Part shown: piece by piece, positions 1 through 11,030 of the stretch | Layout of the letters: each line of letters begins with the position of its first letter | Position numbering within the stretch: position 1 is the first letter of the stretch | Assembly (NCBI GenBank): GCA_028534125.1 | Contig: CM052816.1 | Location: 27,158,001-27,222,000 of the forward strand | DNA from: Lama glama | Lineage: Eukaryota | Direction of reading: 5' to 3' | DNA: 64,000 nucleotides | Notes under the pieces: generated by a model | Database searches by the model: none | What the model was told of the DNA's origin: nothing | The model's input: the letters and a program-made list of their open reading frames with translations, nothing else | Made by a program: the position numbers and the translations under genes

Positions 1-229
1 AAAATATCTAGCATATTTTTAATAAGTATATGCAAGAGCTACAGATATACAGAGCAATAAACAAACTGAATGTTTCATCTCCAAAATTTTAAGCATACAC
101 CCGTTTTCTTTGCTTTGGGCTGGGGTCACTCCTGACTTCAGTGAGAGTTATCCCGTTTTTCCTCTCTCAGGGCCATACAATAAGTAGGCTGTCAATACAA
201 TTTATGCATAAATAAAGAAACAGGTGCTC

Positions 230-480
230 CCCACCCTCTTTCCCCCCTGGTAACCATAAGTTTGTTTTCTATGTCTGTGAGTCTGTCTCTGTTTTGTAAA
301 TAGGTTTATTTGTGTCTTTAAACATTTTTTTAAATAAATGGGGTGGTGAGGGGTAAATTGGGAGTTTGGAGTTTATAGATACAGCTGCTATATATAAAAT
401 AGATGAACAACAAGGTCCTACAGTATAGCACAGGAAACTATACTCAATAACTTGTAATGGCCTATAATGAATATTCTTTT

Positions 481-525
<45 letters not shown>

Positions 526-632
526 TTTTGGTGTAAAGCATAGTGATTCATATATATATATATATATGAATCACTATGCTTTACACCAAAAATTGATACA
601 ACAGTGTAAACAGTCTATACTTCAATAAAAAA
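230..632 (+). mobile_element. Young L1 3' end with 5' inversion (minus piece ~230-325, plus piece ~340-632)
   Basis: Minus piece ggtaaccataagtttgttttctatgtctgtgagtctg. Plus piece gggtaaattgggagtttg...tatacttcaataaaaaaa. Both match the other L1 3'-UTR copies in the window. Confidence 0.85.
485..567. repeat. (TA)n and poly-T tracts inside the L1 3' end
   Basis: Direct reading: (TA)n ~485-516, T-run 517-529, (TA)n 551-567. Confidence 0.95.
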
Positions 633-1519
633 ATTTTTTTAAAAAGGTGTTGACTATTGTTAAGGAAAAAGAGTATTTTTTTCAAAAAAAATTTGCTTGA
701 ATCAATGTGTCACAAAATTTCGTGTGTGTGTTTTTTTAAGGATCTGTAAAAAAAATGACACAATGAGTTTGTGTTGCTTATATACTGGTAGATTCACAGA
801 ATAAAACTAGTGAAGATGTAGTGAAATAATCATCATGGTGCTGGAGAGTCTATTGAAGCTTAGATCACCTAACTCAGTTTCCTACTAGAAACACATAAAA
901 ACAAACACAATTTCCTATAAAAACATAAAGTACATTAATATAATTTCATGCCTCAAAGGATAACATAAGGTCTGAGTTTAAGGTTACTTTTCATAGTAGA
1001 CAAAATTAACTTTCTGTTAAAAAAATAGCAGAAAATACAGGAAAGCTTGTTATCCTTCTCAGCAAATAGACTAAAGACTGAATTTGTGGTCCCTTTGGTG
1101 ACAAAATATAGACTATGTTTAGATCTAACTTAAACAGGACCTTCTTTCCACGTGGCTAATGAACTTTAATCTTAACACTCTTACGGTAGTTCATTTAAAG
1201 AGTTACCAACCTTTGGTTTCACATTTACAAAATAGGTTAACGACTAGACCAGTGTTTCGCACTGATAAATTATGTAAGTTTCCCCAAATTGTTCACTAAA
1301 TACTGCTGTGGCTTGGAGAATATGGTTTTACACACAATTTTAACCCAAATGGAATAAAAATGGTTGGGGCTTACAATTTTTGTTTTTTCACACTATCTAT
1401 CGTATAGTAACACCTGGGAATAAATTCTCAGGTGATACTGGCATTTATAGTACAAAATCTGCCATAAAACTACCGACCTATTATTGCAAGTTCAGAAGCA
1501 ACTCAGCAGCTATAGAGTT

Positions 1520-1950
1520 ATACTAGTTTCCTATCACTGCTGTGACAAATTATCACAAATTTTGTGGCTTAAAATGACACAAATTTATTATTTGACAATT
1601 CTAGAAGGCAGAAGTCACTTGGCTAAAATCAAGCCTGTTGGTTGGGCTACTGTTCCTTCTGAAGGCTCTAGGGGAGAACCTGTTCCCTTGACTGTCCAAT
1701 CTTCTGGGGCTTCCTGATTTCTCAAGTCATGGCCCCCTCCTCCATCTTCAAAATACACAGTGTAGCATCCCTGTCTCTTTCACCTTTAAGGATCCATGCG
1801 ATTACAATGAGCCCACTTAGAAAATCCAGAATAATATCTCCATCTAAAAACCCTCAATTTAATCACACCTGCAAAACCCCTTTTGATAGGTTAGGTAACA
1901 TTCACAAGTTTCAGGGATTAGGACATGCACATTTTTGGCTGGGGGGAGTT
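1520..1950 (-). mobile_element. MaLR solo LTR (MLT1C/D-like)
   Basis: Begins tactagtttcctatcactgctgtgacaaattatcacaaa, then ggctctaggggagaac and ccagaataatatctccatct. These are reverse-complement MLT1 motifs. Confidence 0.8.
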
Positions 1951-2029
1951 GGGCAGGGAGTCACTCTTCTCTTCTTCCTAGCACAAGAGTGTTGGCAACA
2001 TTTTATTATTTTTAAAATTAAAATAATTA

Positions 2030-2830
2030 CAACTTTAATTGTACAAATACTATAGAAATACTCTTATATAAAAGACTAGATAAATTTAAATTTCTTCACT
2101 TTCTCTCCCATCCAGTAATCTCAGAAGTAACCACTATTGCTCATTTAGTTTACAACCTTTACTATTTTTGTTTTTAACATGCCCACATACATTTATATGT
2201 AGCTAAAGATCTATAGTTTAGTTTGTGGTTTTCTTTATTTTTTCTTTCTTTTTTTTTCAACTTTTTAAATAAATCCTTTGGGATTTTAATATAAGTACTT
2301 TGAGGTTAGAGATGAGTCTCTTTAGTAATATTAATACCTTTACAATATTTAATCTTCCCATCCTGGAACATGGTTTATTGTTCCTTTTTCCCCCTAGTTC
2401 TTATTTTAAGGACTTCAGTTAAGTTTTACATGTTTTTTTCTCTTGAGGTCTTTTTGGTTTGCTACATTTAATGTTTGTTGTTGTTGTTGTTGACATGGTG
2501 AATGTAATTATTTTTCTATTGCATTTTCTAATAAATTATTACTGAATTCCAAGAAAGCTATTGACTTTTCTGTGTGTGCATTGTTCCAATATCTACCCAT
2601 CTTGATGCATTCTGTAAGTTCTAAATGTTATAAATTTATTTTCTTGGTTGTTTTACAGAGCAAATGAGATTATCTGAAAATAATGAGAATTTTACCATTA
2701 ACCATTCTTAATCAGAACTATATTCTTTCATCAATGCACTTAAGACTATAAATTTACTTCTGGGTTCCATATTAGCTGCATCTACCAAGTTATTAATATG
2801 TACTATTTGATTGTTGTTCAATTCTAAATA
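2030..2830 (-). mobile_element. Old L1M fragments
   Basis: T-rich with L1 antisense motifs (aatcttcccatcctggaacatgg; aaagctattgacttt). Confidence 0.55.
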
Positions 2831-2844
2831 TTGCAATCCACTTT

Positions 2845-3835
2845 TATTATGATAGGAACAGATACCCGGAGATCTACCCTCAACATTTTTTTAAGTGTAC
2901 AGGCAGTACTGTTAACTGTTAGCACAATGTTGTACAGCACATCTATAGAACTTATTCACCTTGCATAACTGAAACTTTATACCCCTTGAACAGCAATTCT
3001 CCAATTCCCCCTTCCCTTGGCCCCTGGAAATCACCATTCCACTTCCTGTTTCTGTCAGTTTGACTATTTTAGATAACTTATATAAATAGAATTATGCAGT
3101 ATTTGTCTTTCTGTAACTGGCCTATTTCACTTAGCATACTATTCTCAAGATTCAGCCATTTTGTTGACATAAGGCAGGATTTCTTTCATTTTTTATGGCT
3201 GAATGATATTTCATTGTCTGTGTAGATCACATTTTCTTTATCTATTAGTCAGTCAATGGACATTTAGGTGGTTTCCACATCTTGGCTTTTGTGAATAATA
3301 CTATAATGAATATGAGCGCAGATATCTTTTAGAGATCCAGATTTCAACTTTTTTGGATAAAAACCCAACGTGAGATTGCTGGAATATACAGTCATTCTAT
3401 TCTTAATTTTTTGAGGAAACTTCATGCTGTTTTCCATAGCAGCTGCACAATTGTACATTATCATTAACAATGTACAAGTATTCTAATTTCTTCATATTCT
3501 TGTCAAAATTTTCCCTTTTTTTGATAATGGACATTGTAACAAGTATGAGATAATACCTTGTTGTGCATTTCACTGATGATTAGTAATGCTGAGCATTTTT
3601 AATATATCTGTTACCCATCTGCATGCTTTCTTTCAAGAAATGTCTAAGTTCTTTGCCCATTTTTAAATTGAGTTATTTGGTTTGTTTGTCTTTTTTTTTT
3701 TTTTTTTGCTCAAATGCGTGGTTTAGAAATATTCTCTCCTACTCCATTGGTTGTCTTTCACTCTGTTGTTCCCTTTGCAGAGCAGAAGCTTTTTAGTTTG
3801 CTATGGTCTCACTTATCTGTTTTTGCTTTTGTTGC
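2845..3835 (-). mobile_element. L1MA/MB-type 3' region
   Basis: gcacaatgttgtacagcacatctatagaacttattc; tttccacatcttggcttttgtgaataa; gtttccatagcagctgcacaa; cagaagctttttagtttg. Confidence 0.85.
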
Positions 3836-4569
3836 ATTCTATTTTGAATGAGCTGTCTCTCTCCCTGTTAAATATTCCTCCCTATCTCCATTAGATTTAT
3901 AATCACTCCTTCAGATCCTCTGGGGTTCCTATTATAGAAACAGGTGGTGTTTTAGGATTCCTCTTCTGTGGTGACATTGAAACTATCAAAGATGCTGTCA
4001 CTCAACCAGTAATTCCTGAGTCTTGGCCTAGGTCCTCCCATCTCCTTAGTTGCAACTCCAGACAGGGCACTTCTTTTGCCTTTTCAGGTGAGCCCCATCA
4101 AAGCCCCTGATTTTAAGGAATAAGCCTTATTTTGTTACATGGAAAACTTTTAGTTCCCAGTAATTCATAGGTGCTGAACACTACCATCAATGTCTGATTT
4201 TGGATTTAAACACCATCAGACCTGCACTGTCAGCCCTGCTCAATGCTGTGCTTCTAGTTTATGGACTTGTTAATATTGTTTTTGAATCTAGGTGATTTAC
4301 TTATTTTGTCTGTTTCTGTTTTATCTATCACTGGGACAGAGAGGTTACATTAAGTCACGGCTTTGCCCTCTGTTTCGCTTAGTCAGAGACGACGACTCTT
4401 GTGTACCTTGATGGCTTCCCTGCTCATGAGGTCACCCTTACTCTGTACCTTCAGTGCTCCTTGTTCCTTGTTTTCAGAGGAAGACTTGCTCCTGCTCTGA
4501 GAGACTGACTCACTACTGTCATATCTAAACCTAGTTCTTGATGGTGTTCTCGGATCTTGCTCTTTGAGT

Positions 4570-6485
4570 TACCCTCTGATCTTTGAGCTCTCTTTCTCTG
4601 CTGCTTTTCCTTTCTGAATGAAAACATGCTAAGGCCTCCTTTTGATAAAACACACACCAAGAACAAACAACCAATATTCCTTTCCTTTACTCTGTTACTC
4701 CCTTGAAAGATATGGCTCTTTTTTCTCTTTAGTGTTGTTAAACATTTTGGAGGAATATTACCCAGAGTGAAATCTACTTTTTCCCCTCCCATTTTATCAT
4801 GCTGTTTGCAGTCTGGGTTATATTATAAGCAAACTTCCCTCCCAAAAGTCATTGATAAATCTTTATAGACCAAATATAATGCCCATTTCTTAGTTTTCAT
4901 CTTTCTTAACCTCTCTATAGTACATCAAGGTGCTGCCACCCCTTCCTGCTTATAACACATCCCTACTTCTGTATGTCTTCTCCCAAGATTCTTGGCTTAA
5001 TCCTTAGTCTTTTTCTATCTACAGTTTTCCTCCTGGCATCTTCAGTTGCTGTCATTTTACCTTTTTAACAGATGATCTAAAACATTTCATTGTAACCAAC
5101 TGTTTCACATCCTTTCAGAGGTAGTGAGTTGTCTTAGAAAGAGTTTTGGAACCAGACAGATCCTACTTCTGCCACTGAGTAATGTTTTCACTGAAAATGT
5201 GGTTAATAATATATGTTGCTGGGTTATTGTCACAATTCAGTGAGACAACATATTAAGTGTAAAGGCAATGAAATGGAGCTGACAAGACTAGTTCCTTTTT
5301 TTCTTCTTCCGTATAGAAAAGAGGCAGATCTTAAATAAAGCCAATGAGTACAAAAATGTCCAGTCCCATATTTCATGCTCTGTCTCGATCTAGAACCTCA
5401 TACTCTTTACTGAGACATCTCTAACTAGGTGCCTAACAGTGCATCAAGTTCAATGTCCCAAAGTGAATTTATTATCCTCCCAACTCTTTATGTTTACTTG
5501 AAATTGTGTTTTTAGTAACCATGGCAAACTTCTGGTGTGTGATCTGCCTTGGCCCCATTGTGTAATTTGGTCCTGACTCTATACTCACAGATTCTATATC
5601 TTGCATTCATCCACTATTTCACTATTTTACTTCCTGAAACCACCATCCTAGTTTAGAACTTCATAGCCCTTTTCAAGACTAATACAAATAGATTCTTCTC
5701 AACTTTAATTTCAAGCCCTGTTGCTAGATTAATCTTACTAAAGCATAGTTTGAAACTCTCATTCCCATATGTCAACATCTTCTATTGCTCCCTATCTCCT
5801 AAATAAAATTCAGAACTCCATTTCAGGTTGACAGTCAAGGCTCTAGACAAATATGGCCCAACACTGTTTCAAGCATTAAGATTCTACAATGTCTGTTTTA
5901 CTCAGCGGCTGTCAAACTTATTTGTGTGTGGGGGGGTATGGGTATGTGTGTTTTGCTTTGTTTTTAAACAGTGGTCCCAATTCTTTCCAGGCTAAACTTA
6001 TGTCCCTCCCCATCCTTATGGACTGGTTGAACTAGGGTAGGAAATCTCTTCCAACCTCAACAAATCTAACTCTCATACTCTTGGTAGCTTCCAGGAGTGA
6101 CAAATCCTTTGTGTCCTGGCATACTCAGTGTTCCCCTTCATGCCCCTGTGCCAATTCACCTGATACTACTTTTGCCTTGAAAGAGCAGCTGAAATCATAA
6201 CCATCCTGCAAGACCCACTTCAGCTGATACTCCATTGGTAGAATTTTCCCCAGTTACTGCAGTCAAGTAAGATCTCCAGCCCTGCCTCCAGCAGCCTGTT
6301 AATATCCAGCCCAGTGGCACTAGAGATTCTGCTTTGTACTATAGTCATCTCTGTTTAGCTCTTATTTTTTGTCCTAGATTATAATTTCCCTGAGGACAAG
6401 AAGTTTTGAATTTTAAAACTCATTTGACTATTCCCCTCATACAAAGGGTTTAATAGAGAGGATGCTCAAGAAAATATTTGTATAA
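4570..6485 (+). mobile_element. Fragmented L2 (with a MIR fragment ~5130-5270)
   Basis: L2-like motifs (aagttcaatgtcccaaagtgaatt; ctagattataatttccctgaggacaag; tgctcaagaaaatatttg). Highly diverged. Confidence 0.55.
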
Positions 6486-6649
6486 TAAGTTGTATGTATT
6501 GCTTACAGCTTTGAAATTCCTTAAAATCCTAAAGGAAATCGTAATAACCATAGTTCTAACAACAATCTGAATTTCATACTTATGATAACTAGAAACATAC
6601 ATGTATGTAAATATGCACATATAAGTATACAAATATACATACATATGTA

Positions 6650-6846
6650 CACTTGACCCTTGAGCAACACAAGTATGAACTGCACTGGTCTGCTTATATG
6701 GGATTTTTTTTCTAAAAGTAGGTACCTAGTATTATGCAGTCCGTGGTTGGTCATGGATACAGAGGGCTGACTGTAAATTTATACACAGATTTTTGACTGT
6801 GTAGAACATTGATGCCCCTAACCCTATGTTGTTCAAGGGTCAACTG
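6650..6846. mobile_element. Tigger2/MER28/MER8-like TcMar MITE
   Basis: Terminal inverted repeats cacttgacccttgagcaaca and tgttgttcaagggtcaactg, with a left TA flank at 6648-6649. Confidence 0.85.
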
Positions 6847-7030
6847 TGTAAGTATATATACAGATATATGAAAGTATCTAAAAAATATCAGAAAATAATG
6901 AAAATTTCAGAAGTAATTATTCGTCTATAATAGGTTCACAATGAGAATTATCTTTAAAAGAAAATTTTTAACCTAAAAAATAAAAGAAACCCAAAACAAT
7001 ACCCTACCTTCACAGGTTCCTCAATGGCCC

Positions 7031-7569
7031 TGTTAGGTAGTTAGATAAATGGGGGCACCGGGCAGATAGGTGGAGGAGAGGGAGGATGGTCTGGAAGATG
7101 GCATTATGCCCGCCTCCAAAATAAACGGGCTTTACTTTCTCTAAAACTGGTTAGAACCCAACAGTCACAACTGTGCGGTAACAACAGGGACCTAAACGGA
7201 CAAGACCCAATGCTCATTGTAATATAATCAGCATTGCAGTTTAGCCCCCACCCCCACGGGTTTTTCTGTGTGCACCATGGGCAAGGACATGTGCAAAGAA
7301 AACAAACATGACTAGGCATTCCAGGGGCAAGAGCTACCAATCAATCAAAAGACTGCTTCTATGCAAGGGTGTAAGAGAAGGGGCAAATAAAGATCGCCTC
7401 TTTTCCTCCCTTGGAGCAGCCCGCCTCCCGTTCTTGGAGGTGTACTTTCCCTTTGCTAAATAAATCCTTTAAAATCTTTTGCTACACAACATACCACCTC
7501 CTGTCTGAATTCTTATCTTTTGGGTAAGACAAGAACTGGAATCTTTTTCCTTCTCCTTTTAGGGTAACA
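7031..7569 (+). mobile_element. ERV1-class solo LTR
   Basis: TGTTA...TAACA inverted termini, 4-bp TSD GCCC (7027-7030 / 7570-7573), AATAAA at 7459-7464. Confidence 0.85.
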
Positions 7570-9669
7570 GCCCCATTTTTGTTCAAGTTGCCAGTTGGAT
7601 CATATGTCCAAGGACCTGTTAATGATGCTTTTGTTCTGGTGAATCAGCAATGCTAGATCCTATATTCAGAGGGCATAGTTGCTGTCCTAATTATCAAGAG
7701 TGTTGATGTTTTCTAAGTACTCCCAGCTTATGGAATTCTCACTCTGTGTCCACAGAGCCTTCTTTAGAGAAAAAGCTTAACGGTTTATTAACTACTACAT
7801 ATTTGAAAAATCACTTTCAGCAGTATATTTGGTTCCACATCTACCTTAAGTATTAAGTTCTGCTTTAAAAAAAAATACAATCAATGTTGAGCTGCTTTTA
7901 ATGCACAGCTCATAGTTATTTTAGCATAATGTAATAAAAAATAACTTAGCTTGCCACTAAAAAATACTGTTTTAAGGAACCTGAGGTGTTCATTTTTGAT
8001 TCTCTCCTTCTCCCCATCCCCCCAATAGATACATGAAAATGAGTTCAAAGTGGCTGCCTGAATCCCCAAAGTCTCTTAGAAAAAAATGAAATCTTCTTTT
8101 CCCAGACCACAATGTAGTGAAATAAATTAGTATAATGATTTATGTTTACTGTTTTAGTCAATTCTGATAGAGATTATAGAGACAAAATGACAAACTGCCT
8201 TAGTGGTAAACTTAAATCATGTCAGCCAATCTTTAGTTTTTCCTTACCCTAATTGCTCCTCCTGTTCATTTATCTTCCCAGGCAATCTTGGGAAGAAATA
8301 CTAGTTCAATCAGTGCATGTGCAAACCACTCGAGATAAAAAAGTTTAGTCTAATTTGTCTCACTAAATTGTAATGCCTCTAGTAAACAAATCTTGGTTTG
8401 AAAGGAGACTAAAGAAATCTGAATAATTATGGTGCAAAACGCTCTCTTTTTGCATTTCTAAAGGCACCATTTATATACAGGTTGCTGTCTCCCCACTTCC
8501 ACCTCTATACTTCTTTCCTTATTGTCTTTGAAAGCCTGTCCTATTTCCAAATTAGAACCAAGAATTGCATGCAGTACCTTTACTCACACAGTTCAGGACT
8601 CAATATGAAAATAAAAGGTATAGACTTAAAAAAATCCAGCAGTGTTCTACACTGAAAAATGCTAAGTTGAGAAGTGACTTTTATAGGGATAATAAAGAGA
8701 TTTCTGTTTAAAGTGGAGACAAAACCTCAAGCCACAGAAAGATTTTGAAGCATGGAAGCTTTTAGGTGATGAGAACAGGGTTAAGAGTTTGTGTTCTTTG
8801 TTTCAACAGCAAAACTTTATAATGGGCTTATTAGCTGCCAAAAAAGTCAGCTATATTACTTTTCATTTAGGAGGACTAGGGAATCAGGGGAAATTGGCTT
8901 GTGTTAAGCCTCTTTCTGTTTTTACTGCAAAGTCACAGAATATCATCTCCATGTTAGAAAACATATCAAACCAGGGTGATTATTATTAAAGTCTTTTAAT
9001 TTTTTTTTTCTCCACACACAAGCCTGACTTCTCTGAGTTCTCTCTCAAACAATAAGGATTTAACAGAGAGAATACTGAAGCTGAGCTGTTAAGTGTTGCC
9101 AAAGACAAGCTGGGTGGCCTTGTCATCAACAGTGGGGTAGAAATTAGTAGACCACAGCAGCCTCCCCTCACGTAAGGAGAAAGTCTGTAAAGCCCTGGGT
9201 GGTGTGTGGAAGTCACAGCGTTCACCTGCTGCCCACAAGTTTCGGGTGACCCCCGAGGAGCTTCAGGTGAGGGTCGTTTGTCAGGCCAAGTTCAGCAGCC
9301 TACCTTTCCAAGCAGCAAGATGGCTTTCATGCTTGCCATCCAGTGTTAGAACTAAGGGATCACAGGCACCATCTTTAAAATGAAAGCACTGGCTGTAATG
9401 GAGACACTGCAGTCTAGAAAACATAAGGGACTTTCTTAATGTTGCATGAGAAATAGGTAGAGGGCTGGGACAGGGGTCCTTCCCAGATCAGGAGGATGGA
9501 CTCTGGATTCTCTAGGCCCACACTTAGGATGGAACAAGAGTCAAACGAACCAGAGAAGCACCATTTAAAGAAAGAGAAGACCTGAAATATTAAAGCAAAC
9601 CTTACTCTTTTCCTGGTTAGAAGTGTCACTGAAAGCAGCTCTTTTGCCCCTTTCCTGCTCACCCATTTC

Positions 9670-10175
9670 TGTCCCCTTCTAACCTTAAAAGAACCTAATT
9701 ATAGGAATAAGATCACCAAGCAATTGAAACTAACTCCTGACTTACGCTCTCCTGCATGCACACCATGCTTTATCTAACCTGTTGATTCTTTTCCTAGATA
9801 AAAAGAAGCAAGAATGAAGAATTAAGCAGTTAAAGGATGATTAGATCTCTAGCCCCAAGAGCCCCCCTAGCAGTCTTGCTGGCAGATCACAGGGCAAGAT
9901 AACATCTGAAGAGTGTCAGCCAGTCTGCACACAATGGAGAAGGATGCAGAACACAACGTCCTGCCTCGATGATTCACTCAGATTCTCTCTCCATTTTTCT
10001 CTTTAAAAACTGTCATGGTTGAGCAGAATCTTTGAAGATGGTCTCTGGATATGAGTTCACCATTTCCTCAGACTGCCAGCTTTTCTGATTAAAGCACCTT
10101 TCCTTTCTAATGACACTTGCCTCTCAAATGATTGGCTTTTGAGCAGTGAGCAGCCACATCTGAGTTCACTAATCA
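9670..10175 (+). mobile_element. ERV1-type LTR (older)
   Basis: U3/R/U5-like organisation: ctttaaaaac, attaaagc, and a 3' end ttggcttttgagcagtgagcagccacatctgagttc typical of ERV1 LTRs. Confidence 0.6.
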
Positions 10176-10249
10176 TCACTAGTATGCCAACATACTTGGA
10201 CTTGGACAACTAACATGCTTGCTTTGAGTCTTCTCTTTCAGAGGACTGA

Positions 10250-10460
10250 TAGAGCAATTAATTAACCACTGGGTACAAATTACTCTGCTAGGAGCTTTGA
10301 GGAAAACAAGAGACAACCATGGCATGACCTCAGGAAACTCACAGTCTAGTGGATGAGATGGACTGGACACGTAACTAACCAGCCACAGTGCTAAGTCAAA
10401 GAAATCAAGGGGATAACTACAAGTTAACTGTGGCACTATCATAAGAGAATGGATTACTTG
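10250..10460 (-). mobile_element. L2 fragment
   Basis: tgacctcaggaaactcacagtctagtgg, an antisense L2 3' motif. Confidence 0.5.
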
Positions 10461-10789
10461 GACATAAAATTTCTTTTTATTAGTAGATCTTCACAGTGCA
10501 GGAAGTAAAATTAATAGCTTATATATTGGTGAGTAACACATCCAGAGTGAGGCAATACAATTCAAATGATAGTCAGTGAAGTTATGCTAGAGCTGGCTTA
10601 TCTCTGTTTCTCTTGATCAAAAGATAAAAGAAGGTACAATTTATACAGACAAGAAACAAACAGACCCATTGCTTCCTTATATTTTGCAATTTAAGTGGTC
10701 AATTTAATACACATGTAATAGTGTTATCATATTTCTCCTTGGTGGGTCTTTGTTGCAGAGAGATGCATAGTCCTGACAATGCAATGTTA

Positions 10790-11030
10790 TTGGGGAGTGA
10801 CCATCGATCAAATACTGCTGTATGCCAGGCATTGTCATGGGCACTTTGATGTATATTATCTCATGTCCTCATCACAGCAGTCCTGTAAATAATCGCTACT
10901 ATCTCCATTTTGCAGATGAGAAAATTGGATTTTAGGGAGGGTAAGTCATGTGCCCAAGATCACACAGTTAATAAAGAGCAGAGCAGGAATTTTAACCAGA
11001 CCTGAAGACCGCAGGATCCATGCTCTCCTC
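10790..11030 (-). mobile_element. MIR SINE
   Basis: MIR core ccattttgcagatgagaaaattg...tgcccaagatcacacag. Confidence 0.85.
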
